DNA from: Alphaproteobacteria bacterium
GTDB lineage: Bacteria > Pseudomonadota > Alphaproteobacteria > RF32 > CAG-239
Assembly: GCA_015062535.1 (NCBI GenBank)
Contig: SUUK01000002.1
Coordinates: forward strand, 98,724 to 162,723
Direction of reading: 5' to 3'
DNA length: 64,000 bases
The notes beneath the pieces are model-generated. The model saw only the letters and a program-made list of their open reading frames with translations, was not told where the DNA came from and did not search any database. This document shows positions 27,603 to 37,622 of this stretch, piece by piece. Position 1 is the first letter of the stretch. Each line of letters begins with the position of its first letter. A program made the position numbers and the translations under genes.

Positions 27603-28406
27603 ATGCCTACAATACATTTAATGGTTGGTTTTATTGGGTTTGGTAAAACAACAATTGCCAAAGAAATTGAAAGTAAGTTTTCGGCTATTCGTTTTACTCA
27701 TGATGATATTATGCTTGAGAGATATGGGCGTAATCCTGATGATTTTCAGACAAAGTTTAATATAGTTGATGATTATATTAGAAATGAAGCCCAAAAATAT
27801 ATTAAGATGGGGAAAGATGTTATTTTAGATTATGGCTTTTGGTCTCATGATAAGCGTGATGAATATTATAAGTGGGCAAAAGGACTTACTAAAGATGTGG
27901 TTTTTCATGTTGTTTTATGTGATATTAAGGAGGCAAAACGAAGGGTTTTAAGTCGCACAGAAAATGATGATAAAGCTCTTTTGATTGATGAGGGTATTTT
28001 TGATGCTTTGTTAAAACAATATGAACCATGGTATTTTATGGATGATTATCCTGTTGTTTTTCATAATGTAGAGAATAATAAATATATTGGTCAAATTGTT
28101 AAGGTTAAGATTGATAGACCAAAGGGGAGTAAACACCCTAAGTATGGGTTTGAGTATTTGGTTAATTATGGTTATGTACCATATACTAAATCTCAAGATG
28201 GTGAAGAATTAGATGCTTATGTTTTGGGGTTTGATGAGCCTTTAGATGAGTTTGAAGGGCGCTGTATTGGTGTTATTAGACGAATTGATGATAATGATGA
28301 TAAGTTAATAGTTGTTCATGAAGCAATAGATTTAGCTGATGAGCAAATTGAAGAAGAGATAGAATTTCAGGAAAAATGGTTTAAGCATATTTTGTTGAGA
28401 GAGTAG
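27603..28406 (+). CDS. fusion protein: N-terminal P-loop kinase (AAA_33/zeta-toxin-like NTP-binding) + C-terminal inorganic pyrophosphatase-like domain
   Basis: GFIGFGKTT Walker A; C-terminal KVKIDRPKGSKHPKYGFEY...NYGYVPYT...DGEELDAYVLG...IGVIRRIDDNDDKLIVV parallels PPase blocks EIPKGSRNKYE...NYGFIP.T...DGDPLDVLV...IGVLKM.DE.GEDDKIIAV. Confidence 0.55.
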   Translation: MPTIHLMVGFIGFGKTTIAKEIESKFSAIRFTHDDIMLERYGRNPDDFQTKFNIVDDYIRNEAQKYIKMGKDVILDYGFWSHDKRDEYYKWAKGLTKDVVFHVVLCDIKEAKRRVLSRTENDDKALLIDEGIFDALLKQYEPWYFMDDYPVVFHNVENNKYIGQIVKVKIDRPKGSKHPKYGFEYLVNYGYVPYTKSQDGEELDAYVLGFDEPLDEFEGRCIGVIRRIDDNDDKLIVVHEAIDLADEQIEEEIEFQEKWFKHILLRE

Positions 28407-28479
28407 GTTATTAGATAAAATATATATTTGTGATATATTTTTTAAAGTTTTTTGTAACAAAATTCTCTTTCTATTGTTA

Positions 28480-28666
28480 GAGAGAGGTCGGCATCATGTT
28501 TGTATCCCGTTAAAAGAGGTTTTAACTGAGGAGGATACAGTCCCGACCGAAAAGGGGCGCATGGTGCTATATGTTAGGTCTGTTCTAGATTGGTGGGTTT
28601 AACCTCTTTACCATCAACTTAGTATGGACCATAGTATGACGGAGGCTTTTGGCCTCCTTTTTTTTG
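28480..28666 (+). ncRNA. candidate structured small RNA ending in intrinsic terminator (identity unknown)
   Basis: 340-nt ORF-free gap upstream of kdsB; long-range pairing aggtcgg...ccgacc, GC content above local background, terminal ggaggc TTTTG gcctcc hairpin + T8 at 28641..28666. Confidence 0.3.
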
Positions 28667-28744
28667 TTTAATATTAAAAAAATCTTTTCTTTTACATAAA
28701 ATTGTGTTATATGGAAGGCATTGTAACAAAAGAAAGGATTTGAT

Positions 28745-29518
28745 ATGTCAAAAATCATTACAATGATTCCAGTTAGAATGGCTTCTACCCGTTTGCCAAA
28801 TAAACCTTTGTTAGATATTAATGGCAAAACACTTATTCAACGTGTTTATGAAAATGTAAAAGCTTGTGTGCCAGGTGATATTGTGATTGCGGCTGGTGAC
28901 CAAGTTATTGTTGATGAAGCAAAAAAGTTTGGTGCAAAAGCTATTTTGACTGACCCTAGTTTGCCAAGTGGTACTGACCGTATTTCAGCAGCGCTTAAAG
29001 AACTTGACCCTGATGGTTCTAAGTATGATATTGTAGTTAATTTTCAGGGTGATGGCTTGAATGTTGATCCTAAGATTAATCTTTCTTTGATTGATATGAT
29101 TGAACGCACAAATTGTGATATTGCAACTTGTGGTATGATTTTTAAGAATGAAAAAGATGTTTTAGACCCTAGTATGGTAAAAATTTGTATGGGTTTAAGA
29201 GATGGTGAGAGAGAAGGTCGTTGCTTGTATTTTACAAGAGCTCCAGCTCCTTATATTCGTAATCCTGAAAAATGTGATAATAAAGATTTTTATCACCATA
29301 TTGGTATTTATGTATTTAAGGCATCTTCTTTGCAAAAGATGGTTTCTCTTCCTGTTGGTGTGTTAGAACAAAGAGAATCTTTGGAACAACTTAGAGCTCT
29401 TGAAAATGGTATGACAATTAGAGCTTTGGTAGTTGATAATATGAAACTGGTTGATGAAGCTCCTGCAGATATTAATACTCCAGAAGAGTATGAAGAAGCA
29501 CTAAAGTGGATTAAATAA
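28745..29518 (+). CDS. kdsB: 3-deoxy-manno-octulosonate cytidylyltransferase (CMP-KDO synthetase)
   Basis: IITMIPVRMASTRLPNKPLLDINGKTLIQRV N-terminal signature of KdsB. Confidence 0.9.
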   Translation: MSKIITMIPVRMASTRLPNKPLLDINGKTLIQRVYENVKACVPGDIVIAAGDQVIVDEAKKFGAKAILTDPSLPSGTDRISAALKELDPDGSKYDIVVNFQGDGLNVDPKINLSLIDMIERTNCDIATCGMIFKNEKDVLDPSMVKICMGLRDGEREGRCLYFTRAPAPYIRNPEKCDNKDFYHHIGIYVFKASSLQKMVSLPVGVLEQRESLEQLRALENGMTIRALVVDNMKLVDEAPADINTPEEYEEALKWIK

Positions 29519-29537
29519 GTTTATAAAATAAAAAAAA

Positions 29538-29567
29538 GCCCCGCAAAATGCGGGGTTTTTTAGTGTC
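29538..29567. terminator. bidirectional Rho-independent terminator
   Basis: A-run, gccccgca aaa tgcggggt, T-run; between convergent kdsB and 29579..30187. Confidence 0.6.
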
Positions 29568-29578
29568 TAATAAAGATT

Positions 29579-30187
29579 TTAGACTGTTAGAACAACTTTT
29601 TTGCGGTTGAAACGTTTAGCGTTTCGTTGGTAGGTTTTGTAGACTATATCTACATCTTGGAAGTTTGCAAAACCTATCCAATGCCAGCTGTTGTGAATTT
29701 TGCCAATTTTACCACCATACTTTTGGCGAAGGATTGTGCAAGCCTTGAAGCTACCAATGTAGGCTATTCTTCCATTTTGGGTGCAACCGTATCTGATATC
29801 TCTTGTGATTGTTTCTGCAAAGTTTAGTACCGCATCTTCAAGGTCATCAAGAGGGACACTGATAACGAGGTTTTTCTTTGGATTGGCAACGATTTTGGTG
29901 ATGTCTGTTGAGAGAGCATAACCTATCCAGTACCAAACATTGCTTATTGCACCGATTTGACCATCAAAAGTATTTTTTAGGTTTTTGCATTGTTTGTAGG
30001 TGCCAATGTATGCAGATGGGGTGTTGCGACCGGTCACAATTATTGTGCCGAAAGCGATAGAGTTGCTTATCATTGCGACAACTTCTTCTATATCGTCAAC
30101 CTCTGATTTTTGGTCAATGTTTTTAAACCACTTTAAGTAGGCGTTGTCTAATTGTTGCAAAAGTTGATCTTTTCTTTTTTGTTCCAT
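29579..30187 (-). CDS. hypothetical protein with internal tandem duplication
   Basis: 202 aa; repeats SAYIGTYKQCKNLKNTFDGQIGAISNVWYWIGYA and IAYIGSFKACTILRQKYGGKIGKIHNSWHWIGFA. Confidence 0.45.
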   Translation of the reverse strand: MEQKRKDQLLQQLDNAYLKWFKNIDQKSEVDDIEEVVAMISNSIAFGTIIVTGRNTPSAYIGTYKQCKNLKNTFDGQIGAISNVWYWIGYALSTDITKIVANPKKNLVISVPLDDLEDAVLNFAETITRDIRYGCTQNGRIAYIGSFKACTILRQKYGGKIGKIHNSWHWIGFANFQDVDIVYKTYQRNAKRFNRKKVVLTV

Positions 30188-30304
30188 AAGAATAGTTTTT
30201 TGGTTAACATAATTATATTTATTTTAAGAGATTTTCTGGCATAAAACTTGGTTTTTGTCAATAAAAAAAGCTCCCTCAATGTGGGGGAGCTAAATTTGAT
30301 GATT

Positions 30305-30958
30305 TTAGTTCTTAAACAAAGTTGCGACAATGTACTTTGATGCGTTTGTTGCCTCAATAGAACCATCGACTGTGATGTTCTTTTGTGAGGCTTCTTTTAC
30401 ATCTTCCCATATTGGGGCAGTGTTTTTCTCGTACTCCTCAAGACGCTTTTCTATTACAGCATCGTCTTTTCTGATGAGTGATTTGCCGCCACATTTTGGG
30501 CATTTGCCATCGTCAACACTGTGTGTTGCTTTGCAACTTTCACAAACACGCCTCTTTTGAACTCTTTTGAGTATCAGCTCGGTTGGTGTGTCTCGTTTGA
30601 TTGAGACAAGCTCTATGCTATTTTTGGAAGCAATAGAGATAATGTTTTCAAGCTGAGAAGGTGTGCGGGGATAACCGTCAACAAATAAGATTTGTTCTTC
30701 TCCGTTTAAGGCTTTTTCTACGAGTGCATCGACGATATCGTCAGACACAAGCTTACCGGAGGTGATTATTTGTGAAATTTGTTGACCGAGGGGAGAGTTT
30801 GATGCAACTTCTGCACGAAGTAGGTCACCGGTGGAGATGTAGCCAATTTGTGAGTCTGAAACGATGTTTTGGCTGATAATCTCTTGTTTGATGCAGTCTC
30901 CCAAAAATCCTTTGCCACTACCTGGAGCACCAAAGAGGATAATTAAAGTTTTGTTCAT
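30305..30958 (-). CDS. adk: adenylate kinase (long form with zinc-binding lid)
   Basis: LIILFGAPGSGKG P-loop; lid CESCKATHSVDDGKCPKCGG; terminator hairpin gctccc...gggagc at about 30262..30291. Confidence 0.92.
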   Translation of the reverse strand: MNKTLIILFGAPGSGKGFLGDCIKQEIISQNIVSDSQIGYISTGDLLRAEVASNSPLGQQISQIITSGKLVSDDIVDALVEKALNGEEQILFVDGYPRTPSQLENIISIASKNSIELVSIKRDTPTELILKRVQKRRVCESCKATHSVDDGKCPKCGGKSLIRKDDAVIEKRLEEYEKNTAPIWEDVKEASQKNITVDGSIEATNASKYIVATLFKN

Positions 30959-31092
30959 ATAATAATTGATTAAAAATAGTTTAGCGATTTGAATATAAAG
31001 AACTTTTTGGGTTTGTCAATAATGAGTTTTAGTAGAATATAAAAAAAGCTCCGTAATTTACGGAGCTTTTTTGTGTGAAAGTTGCTAGGTGA

Positions 31093-31530
31093 TTATAAAT
31101 CTTTTACCATACGAACAAAGGATATGCCTTTTTCTTCAAATAAGTCGCTATCTTGTTTGAAACCAAGTTTTTCGTAAAAACCAACAACAGATAGCATTGC
31201 ATGCATAACAAGTCTTTCATAACCAATTTCTCTTGCAATATTTTCAGTATGTTCAATTAGCTTTCTACCAATACCTTCTCCTTGGTGAATGGTGTCTACG
31301 GCAACTTGCATAACTCTTATTTCTTCATGATCGATTGGAACTAAGATTAAGCCACCAATGAGTTCGTCAGTTGAGTTTTCTATACAACCAACGTGTAAAA
31401 ATGAGGCTTCCTCTTCTCTATAAGAATCAAGGAATTTAAGACCAAGAGGCTGTAAAAGAATTTTGTAGCGCAACTCTAGTAGTTCTTTATATCTTGAAGA
31501 ACCAAATTCTATATCAATAAATCTAATCAT
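31093..31530 (-). CDS. GNAT family N-acetyltransferase
   Basis: 145 aa; acetyl-CoA binding motif A QVAVDTIHQGEGIGRKLIE; bidirectional terminator agctccgtaa/ttacggagct at about 31041..31072. Confidence 0.8.
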   Translation of the reverse strand: MIRFIDIEFGSSRYKELLELRYKILLQPLGLKFLDSYREEEASFLHVGCIENSTDELIGGLILVPIDHEEIRVMQVAVDTIHQGEGIGRKLIEHTENIAREIGYERLVMHAMLSVVGFYEKLGFKQDSDLFEEKGISFVRMVKDL

Positions 31531-31682
31531 GAGAGCCTCCGCTTATATCCAAATAATTTTATTTATCTATTAAAGCATAAAATGAGATGATATGCAATAA
31601 GAAAATACAAAATCTGTTGCGTTATTCTAAAATATAGGTTATTAGAGGCATATGTTTATGAAAAATATAAGGAAAAAGATAC

Positions 31683-33485
31683 ATGTATGATTTGGAAAAA
31701 ATCAGAAATTTTGCAATAGTTGCTCATATTGACCATGGTAAATCTACAATAGCAGATAGAATTATTGAAACTTGTGGTGGCTTAGAGCGTCGAGAAATGA
31801 CAGAGCAAGTGCTTGATTCTATGGATATTGAAAAAGAGCGTGGTATTACTATTAAAGCGCAAACAGTAAGGCTTAAATATAAAGCAAAAGATGGTAATGA
31901 ATATTTGCTTAATCTTATTGATACTCCAGGGCACGTTGACTTTTCGTATGAAGTTTCTAGGTCTTTGGCGGCTTGTGAAGGGTCTGTTTTGGTGGTAGAT
32001 GCAACTCAAGGGGTTGAGGCGCAAACTCTTGCTAATGTGTATTTGGCAATAGATAATAATCATGAAATTGTGCCAGCATTAAATAAGGTTGATTTGCCTT
32101 CAGCAGATGTTGAAAAAGTTAAGAGCCAAATTGAAGATGTTATTGGTATTGATGCTAGCGAGGCAGTTGAAACATCTGGTAAGACTGGTTTTGGTATTGA
32201 TGAGTTGTTGGAAGCTATTGTTCAAAAATTGCCAGCGCCTGTTGGTGATGAAAATGCACCCTTGAAAGCTCTTTTGATTGATAGTTGGTATGATGCTTAT
32301 TTGGGTGTGATTATTTTAGTTAGAGTTAAAGATGGTGTTTTAAAGAAAAAGCAAACAATTCGTATGATGAGTAATAATGCGACTTATTTGATTGATAAGA
32401 TTGGTGTGTTTACTCCAAAAATGCAAGATGTTGAAGAATTGAGAGCTGGTGAAGTTGGTTTTATTACGGCATCTATTAAGAGTGTGGGGGATTGTAGTGT
32501 TGGTGACACCATTACAGATAATAAACGTCCTTGTGAAAAGGCTTTGGCTGGGTTTAAACCGTCTGTCCCTGTGGTATTTTGCTCTATCTTTCCGGTAGAT
32601 AGTAGTCAATATGAGGCGCTTAAAGATGCTCTTGCAAAGTTGAAGCTTAATGATGCTAGTATTGAATATCAAAATGAAAATTCGGCAGCGCTTGGGCTTG
32701 GGTTTAGATGTGGCTTTTTGGGGCTTTTGCATATGGAGATTATCCAAGAGAGAATCGGACGTGAATTTGACTTGGATATTATTACAACTGCTCCGTCTGT
32801 GGCATATAAAATTAACCTTACAAAAGGTGAAACGATTATGCTTCATAACCCTGCGGATATGCCAGATTTGTCTACGGTTTCTAATATTGAAGAGCCAATG
32901 GTTAGGGCGACAATTATGGTGCCAGATAACTATTTGGGAGCGGTGCTTAAACTTTGTACAGAAAGACGTGGTGTACAACAAGAGTTGACCTATGTTGGTA
33001 GTAGGGCTATGGTTGTGTATCAGATACCGCTTAATGAGATTGTTTTTGATTTTTATGATAGATTGAAGTCTATTACTAGTGGTTATGCTAGTTTTGACTA
33101 TGAGCTTACAGATTATCAAGTGTCTGATTTGGTGAAAGTGCAGATTTTGATTAATGAAGAGCCGGTTGATGCGCTTGCATTTATGTGTCATAGAAGTGAG
33201 GCAGAGTCTAGAGGTCGTCAAATTTGTGAGAGATTAAAAGACCTTATTCCAAGGCATTTGTTTAAGATACCTATTCAGGCGGCGATTGGTGGTAGGGTTG
33301 TTGCGAGAGAAACAATTTCTGCAATGCGAAAAGATGTTACTGCAAAATGTTATGGTGGTGACGTTACGAGAAAAAGAAAGCTTCTTGATAAGCAGAAGAA
33401 AGGTAAACAACGTATGCGCCAGTTTGGTAAGGTTGAAGTGCCTCAATCTGCATTTATTGAAGCGCTTAGAATCGGTGATGATTAG
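31683..33485 (+). CDS. lepA: translation elongation factor 4
   Basis: 600 aa; [21 protein letters not shown]1, DTPGHVDF G3, conserved LepA C-terminal domain; TAG stop. Confidence 0.95.
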   Translation: MYDLEKIRNFAIVAHIDHGKSTIADRIIETCGGLERREMTEQVLDSMDIEKERGITIKAQTVRLKYKAKDGNEYLLNLIDTPGHVDFSYEVSRSLAACEGSVLVVDATQGVEAQTLANVYLAIDNNHEIVPALNKVDLPSADVEKVKSQIEDVIGIDASEAVETSGKTGFGIDELLEAIVQKLPAPVGDENAPLKALLIDSWYDAYLGVIILVRVKDGVLKKKQTIRMMSNNATYLIDKIGVFTPKMQDVEELRAGEVGFITASIKSVGDCSVGDTITDNKRPCEKALAGFKPSVPVVFCSIFPVDSSQYEALKDALAKLKLNDASIEYQNENSAALGLGFRCGFLGLLHMEIIQERIGREFDLDIITTAPSVAYKINLTKGETIMLHNPADMPDLSTVSNIEEPMVRATIMVPDNYLGAVLKLCTERRGVQQELTYVGSRAMVVYQIPLNEIVFDFYDRLKSITSGYASFDYELTDYQVSDLVKVQILINEEPVDALAFMCHRSEAESRGRQICERLKDLIPRHLFKIPIQAAIGGRVVARETISAMRKDVTAKCYGGDVTRKRKLLDKQKKGKQRMRQFGKVEVPQSAFIEALRIGDD

Positions 33486-33504
33486 TCTTAAAAGAGTTAA
33501 AAAG

Positions 33505-33531
33505 AAAGCCTCCAAAACGGAGGCTTTTTTG
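33505..33531 (+). terminator. Rho-independent terminator after lepA
   Basis: gcctcc aaaac ggaggc + T6. Confidence 0.6.
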
Positions 33532-33657
33532 TTAAAAAATAAAATATAGATTAAAAGGTGGATAAGTTCTTGAATTTAAAATATAACTTGCAAAACGAAT
33601 AAATGTGTATTATGAGGTATGTATATATTTTTTAGGAACTGATTTTATGGGGTTTGT

Positions 33658-34491
33658 GTGAGCAATAAGTCTATAGGATTGTATGTTTGTTGGCATAACA
33701 AATGTCCTAGTTTTGATAATGAATTATTGTATGCAGTGAATGATGGGATAATTGAGGGTGATAATATATCTTCAAAGGGATTGCATTATGGTGAATTAAA
33801 AGTCACTTATTGGATTTGGAAGAATGCAAAGGAAGATATTGTTGGACTGTTTCATTATCGTCGATTTTTGAATTTATTAAATAATGAAGCTATGTGCAAT
33901 AAGGTTAGTAAAGATTTTGCTTCTAGATATGGTTTTACTAGGGGTAGAATTATTGAATTAATGGGTAAATATGATGTAATTTTGCCATATAAAAATCCTC
34001 GCATTGTGAAAGAAAAGCATCCAAGTGTTTATGACTATTATGCAATGGAGCATTTTAAAGATGATTTAGATATTACTCTTGAGATATTACAAGAAAAATA
34101 TCCTCAAATGTATGATACAGCTATTGAAATGTTAAAAAATAGCAAACAAGGGTATGTTGCGAATCTAATTATTGCTAAAAAAGAAATTTTTGATAGATAT
34201 GCTAGTTGGTTGTTTGATATTTTGTTTGAAGTTGAAAAACGTATTCATGATAAAGTTATTTTAAGAGATAAATATCAACAAAGAGTTTATGGTTTTATTA
34301 GCGAACGTTTAATGGCGGTATTTTTTGAATATTTGGCAAAAAATGAAGATATAAATATTTTGGAAGCTCCTATGTTGTTTTTAGAAGAAGACAAATGGAA
34401 GTTTTTTAAATATTATTTAAAGAAGATAAATAGAAAAATTTTAACTTTAATCGGTTTTGGTAGAAAGGAATGGAATTTATATGTCAAATAA
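33658..34491 (+). CDS. DUF4422-family putative glycosyl (galactofuranosyl) transferase
   Basis: 277 aa; YGELKVTYWIWKN...VGLFHYRRF matches DUF4422 signature (YgElTglYwiWKN...vGlcHYRR) common in capsule/EPS loci with glf. Confidence 0.6.
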   Translation: MSNKSIGLYVCWHNKCPSFDNELLYAVNDGIIEGDNISSKGLHYGELKVTYWIWKNAKEDIVGLFHYRRFLNLLNNEAMCNKVSKDFASRYGFTRGRIIELMGKYDVILPYKNPRIVKEKHPSVYDYYAMEHFKDDLDITLEILQEKYPQMYDTAIEMLKNSKQGYVANLIIAKKEIFDRYASWLFDILFEVEKRIHDKVILRDKYQQRVYGFISERLMAVFFEYLAKNEDINILEAPMLFLEEDKWKFFKYYLKKINRKILTLIGFGRKEWNLYVK

Positions 34492-35623
34492 AGTAAATTT
34501 TATTGTTGGGGCTGGTTTTAGTGGTGCAACAATGGCTCGTAAAATTGCAGAAGAACTTAATGAAAAAGTTATTGTGATTGACCAAAAGGAGCATATTGGT
34601 GGTAATTCATTTGATTATAGAGATGATAATGGGATTATGATTCACAAATATGGTTCTCATATTTTTCATACAAATTTAGAAAATGTGTGGAAGTTTGTTA
34701 GTCGTTTTACCAAATTTAATACTTATATGCATAAAGTGATTGCTGTTATCGACGGTATTGAAACAACTATTCCATTTAATTTTCGCACTTTGTATGATGT
34801 ATTTCCAGAAACTTTAGCTAGACGTTTAGAAGAGAAATTGTTAGCAAACTTTGAATATAATAAAAAGATACCAATTTTAGAGTTTCAAAAACAAGATGAT
34901 GAAGATTTGAGGTTCTTAGCTAATTATGTATATGAAAAAGTATTTTTGCATTACACAACCAAACAATGGGGTGTAAGTCCTAATGAAGTAGATGGAGCTG
35001 TTACGGCAAGAGTTCCTGTATATATCAGTTGTGACGAAAGATATTTTCAAGATAAATATCAAGGTATACCAATAAATGGATATACAGAGGTTATCAAAGA
35101 GATGTTAAATCATCCAAATATTGAAGTTAGATTAAATACTCGCTTTGAAGATGTAAAAGAAAGTTATGATAGATTGTTTTATACAGGTCCGATAGATGAA
35201 TATTTTGGATATAAGTTTGGTGAACTTCCTTATAGAAGTGTAAACTTTAAGTTTGAAGAATATGATATGCCATATTATCAAAGTAATGCATGTGTTAACT
35301 ATCCATGCAATTATGATTTCACAAGAATTCATGAGTATAAGTATTATTTGAATGACTACTCTGAAAAGACGGTGATTGCGAAAGAGTATTCTGAATTTTT
35401 TGAACGTGGCAAAAATGAAAGATATTATCCAATACCAAATGATGAAAGTGCGAAATTGTATGCAAAATACAAAGAAGAAGCAGGTAGGCTTCCTAATGTA
35501 TATTTCTTAGGTCGTTTGGGTGATTATAAATATTATGACATGGATAAAGCAATTAATCGTGCTTTAGAATTGTTTGAAGAAGTTAAGAACGGGGCAAACT
35601 ACATACAAAGTGTTGTAGCGTAA
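34481..35623 (+). CDS. glf: UDP-galactopyranose mutase
   Basis: NFIVGAGFSGATMARKIAEEL FAD-binding fingerprint and GGNSFDYRDDNGIMIHKYGSHIFHT; ATG 34481 with AGGAA RBS (track ORF starts at 34457). Confidence 0.92.
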   Translation: MSNKVNFIVGAGFSGATMARKIAEELNEKVIVIDQKEHIGGNSFDYRDDNGIMIHKYGSHIFHTNLENVWKFVSRFTKFNTYMHKVIAVIDGIETTIPFNFRTLYDVFPETLARRLEEKLLANFEYNKKIPILEFQKQDDEDLRFLANYVYEKVFLHYTTKQWGVSPNEVDGAVTARVPVYISCDERYFQDKYQGIPINGYTEVIKEMLNHPNIEVRLNTRFEDVKESYDRLFYTGPIDEYFGYKFGELPYRSVNFKFEEYDMPYYQSNACVNYPCNYDFTRIHEYKYYLNDYSEKTVIAKEYSEFFERGKNERYYPIPNDESAKLYAKYKEEAGRLPNVYFLGRLGDYKYYDMDKAINRALELFEEVKNGANYIQSVVA

Positions 35624-35668
35624 GGATATTGGTGAATTTTATTAAAATTAAAGAAAAGGACTTGGACT

Positions 35669-37609
35669 ATGAATAAGATTTTACAACCTAAAGTATCAAT
35701 TGTTGTACCAATTTATGGTGTAGAAAAATATTTACATCAATGCGTTGATAGTATTTTGGCACAAACACTTAAGGATATTGAGATTATTTTAGTAGATAAT
35801 GGGTCAAAGGATAAATGCCCTGAAATTGTAGATGAATATGCTAAAAAAGATAGCAGAATTGTGGCAATACATAAGCCCAATGGTGGTTATGGATCAGCTA
35901 TAAATAAAGGTTTGGATATTGCAAAAGGGGAATATGTTGGGATTGTAGAGTCTGATGACTATATTGATTCTGATATGTATGAAAAATTGTACAATAGAGC
36001 AATTAATACTAAAGCTGATATGGTTAAAGGAAATTTTGATTATGTAAGTGATAAAACTGGTGCTCGTCGTAAAGAAACAATATTAATGCAACTATTTGAA
36101 GAGCAGAAGGGGGTATTCACACTTGCAGATTGCCCTAAAATGATTTATATTTTCGCATCTATTTGGAGTGCAATCTACAAAAAAGATTGGTTAAATAAAC
36201 ATCGGATTAGAGTTGTAGAAGACATAAAACCTTATGAAGATATTCCCTTTTTTACAGAAACCATTTCTAAGGCTGACAAGATAGTATTTGAGCCAGGAGC
36301 GAAATATAATTATAGAATAGATGTTGAAGGAAGTTCTACTAGTACTCTTAAACCAACAATTGTTCACTATTTGTTACAAAAGGGTCGTGTTAGAGAAATA
36401 TTAGCAAAAAATAACATGTATAATGAGGAAATAAAAGAGTACTACTGGAAAAGTGTGTTTGTCGGTTCAAAAGTGTGGTTTTTGAAGAAAAATAACAGAT
36501 ATAAACGAAAATTTTATAAAGAGATGAAGCTCTTGTTCAATAAAGCAACTAAAGATGAAATTACTTTTAAATATTTTACACCTTCAGAGAAGAGAGAATT
36601 CAATAGAATATGTAAAGCTTCGTGTTTTGCCTATATTTTACATCGTAAGGTTAAGCGATTTGGGAAAAATATATATTCAACTAAAAAAACGGCATCTCAC
36701 CGTATTATAAAAGTTTTAGGGATTAAAATTAATATAAAGAATAAAAATAAAAATAAAAAAGATGTTAATTTAGCAGAAATAAAAGAAAAATTAGAGCATA
36801 TTGAAAATTTAATTAGAATTCAAATTAATCCACAAAATTTGCCTAAGGCAAATGGATATATGCGTATTCAACAGACAGCCTCTTTAGCTTTGTTAAATAA
36901 ATTAAAGTTGTTTTTGGAAAAAAATAAATATAGCTATTGGTTAGATTTTGGAACATTATTAGGTGGAGCTAGACATTCAGGTTTTATTCCTTGGGATGAT
37001 GACATAGATATTTCTATGCCAAGAAAAGATTTTGAAAATTTGAAGAAAAATATATCTGATTTTGCATATGGTGATTTTAGTTATAGTATCGGAGATATTA
37101 TTCGTGTTTTTTATAAAAACACTTCAGCTCAAGTAGATATTTTTCCTTATGATACAGGAAATCAAGTTGAAATACCTCAACATTCGGAATATAAAAAAAT
37201 TGTTGAAAAATTAGCAAGTTTGTATAAATGCATTCCGTTTAATTGGTCTAATGTAAGAGTATCTACTATTCCTGAAGATTTTAAAGAAAATTTAGAAAAT
37301 ATATATGTTAATGAAATATTAGAAAATAAGCCAATTGCGGAAAAAGGGTATATGTTTTTAGCTTTTCATTGTTTTGCGTTTAAAAGAGTTTTGTATAGAT
37401 ATGATGATATATTTCCTTTAGGAAAAATAAAATTTGAAGGAGAAGAATATCCTTGCCCTAACAAACTTGATAAATATTTATCGTTATATTGGGGAAATTA
37501 TATGGAGTTACCCAATAATTGTGTTAGCAGACACCCTAATATGATAAGAGCTATGCAGAATTATGAAAATATTATAGATATGTATAATTTGATTGACAGT
37601 GATAAATAA
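35669..37609 (+). CDS. bifunctional GT2 glycosyltransferase / LicD-family phosphotransferase
   Basis: N-terminal VSIVVPIYGVEKYLHQCVDSILAQTLKDIEIILVDNGSKD...VESDD (GT-A DxD); C-terminal WLDFGTLLGGARHSGFIPWDDDIDISMPRKDF (LicD motif). Confidence 0.78.
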   Translation: MNKILQPKVSIVVPIYGVEKYLHQCVDSILAQTLKDIEIILVDNGSKDKCPEIVDEYAKKDSRIVAIHKPNGGYGSAINKGLDIAKGEYVGIVESDDYIDSDMYEKLYNRAINTKADMVKGNFDYVSDKTGARRKETILMQLFEEQKGVFTLADCPKMIYIFASIWSAIYKKDWLNKHRIRVVEDIKPYEDIPFFTETISKADKIVFEPGAKYNYRIDVEGSSTSTLKPTIVHYLLQKGRVREILAKNNMYNEEIKEYYWKSVFVGSKVWFLKKNNRYKRKFYKEMKLLFNKATKDEITFKYFTPSEKREFNRICKASCFAYILHRKVKRFGKNIYSTKKTASHRIIKVLGIKINIKNKNKNKKDVNLAEIKEKLEHIENLIRIQINPQNLPKANGYMRIQQTASLALLNKLKLFLEKNKYSYWLDFGTLLGGARHSGFIPWDDDIDISMPRKDFENLKKNISDFAYGDFSYSIGDIIRVFYKNTSAQVDIFPYDTGNQVEIPQHSEYKKIVEKLASLYKCIPFNWSNVRVSTIPEDFKENLENIYVNEILENKPIAEKGYMFLAFHCFAFKRVLYRYDDIFPLGKIKFEGEEYPCPNKLDKYLSLYWGNYMELPNNCVSRHPNMIRAMQNYENIIDMYNLIDSDK

Positions 37610-37622
37610 TATAGGATTTGTT

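Noticed and set aside
28407-28744. tmRNA, SRP RNA or RNase P RNA identity for the structured intergenic segment
   Set aside because: No tag-peptide reading frame, no SRP domain IV (GGAA...AGCAG) motif, and too short and lacking the P4 signature for RNase P; left as unknown ncRNA candidate.
28585-28827. 80-aa minus-strand ORF across the ncRNA candidate and kdsB start
   Set aside because: Antisense to the kdsB start and to the terminator hairpin; no RBS; likely spurious.
32340-33221. 293-aa ORF on minus strand inside lepA
   Set aside because: Entirely antisense to a highly conserved gene; Asn/Ile/His-rich low-complexity translation typical of AT-rich antisense frames.
36715-36765. AAAAT/AAATA-rich run (aataaaaataaaaataaaaaag) inside the GT2-LicD gene
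   Set aside because: Simple Lys-codon run (KNKNKNKK linker) in coding sequence, not a repeat element or CRISPR.
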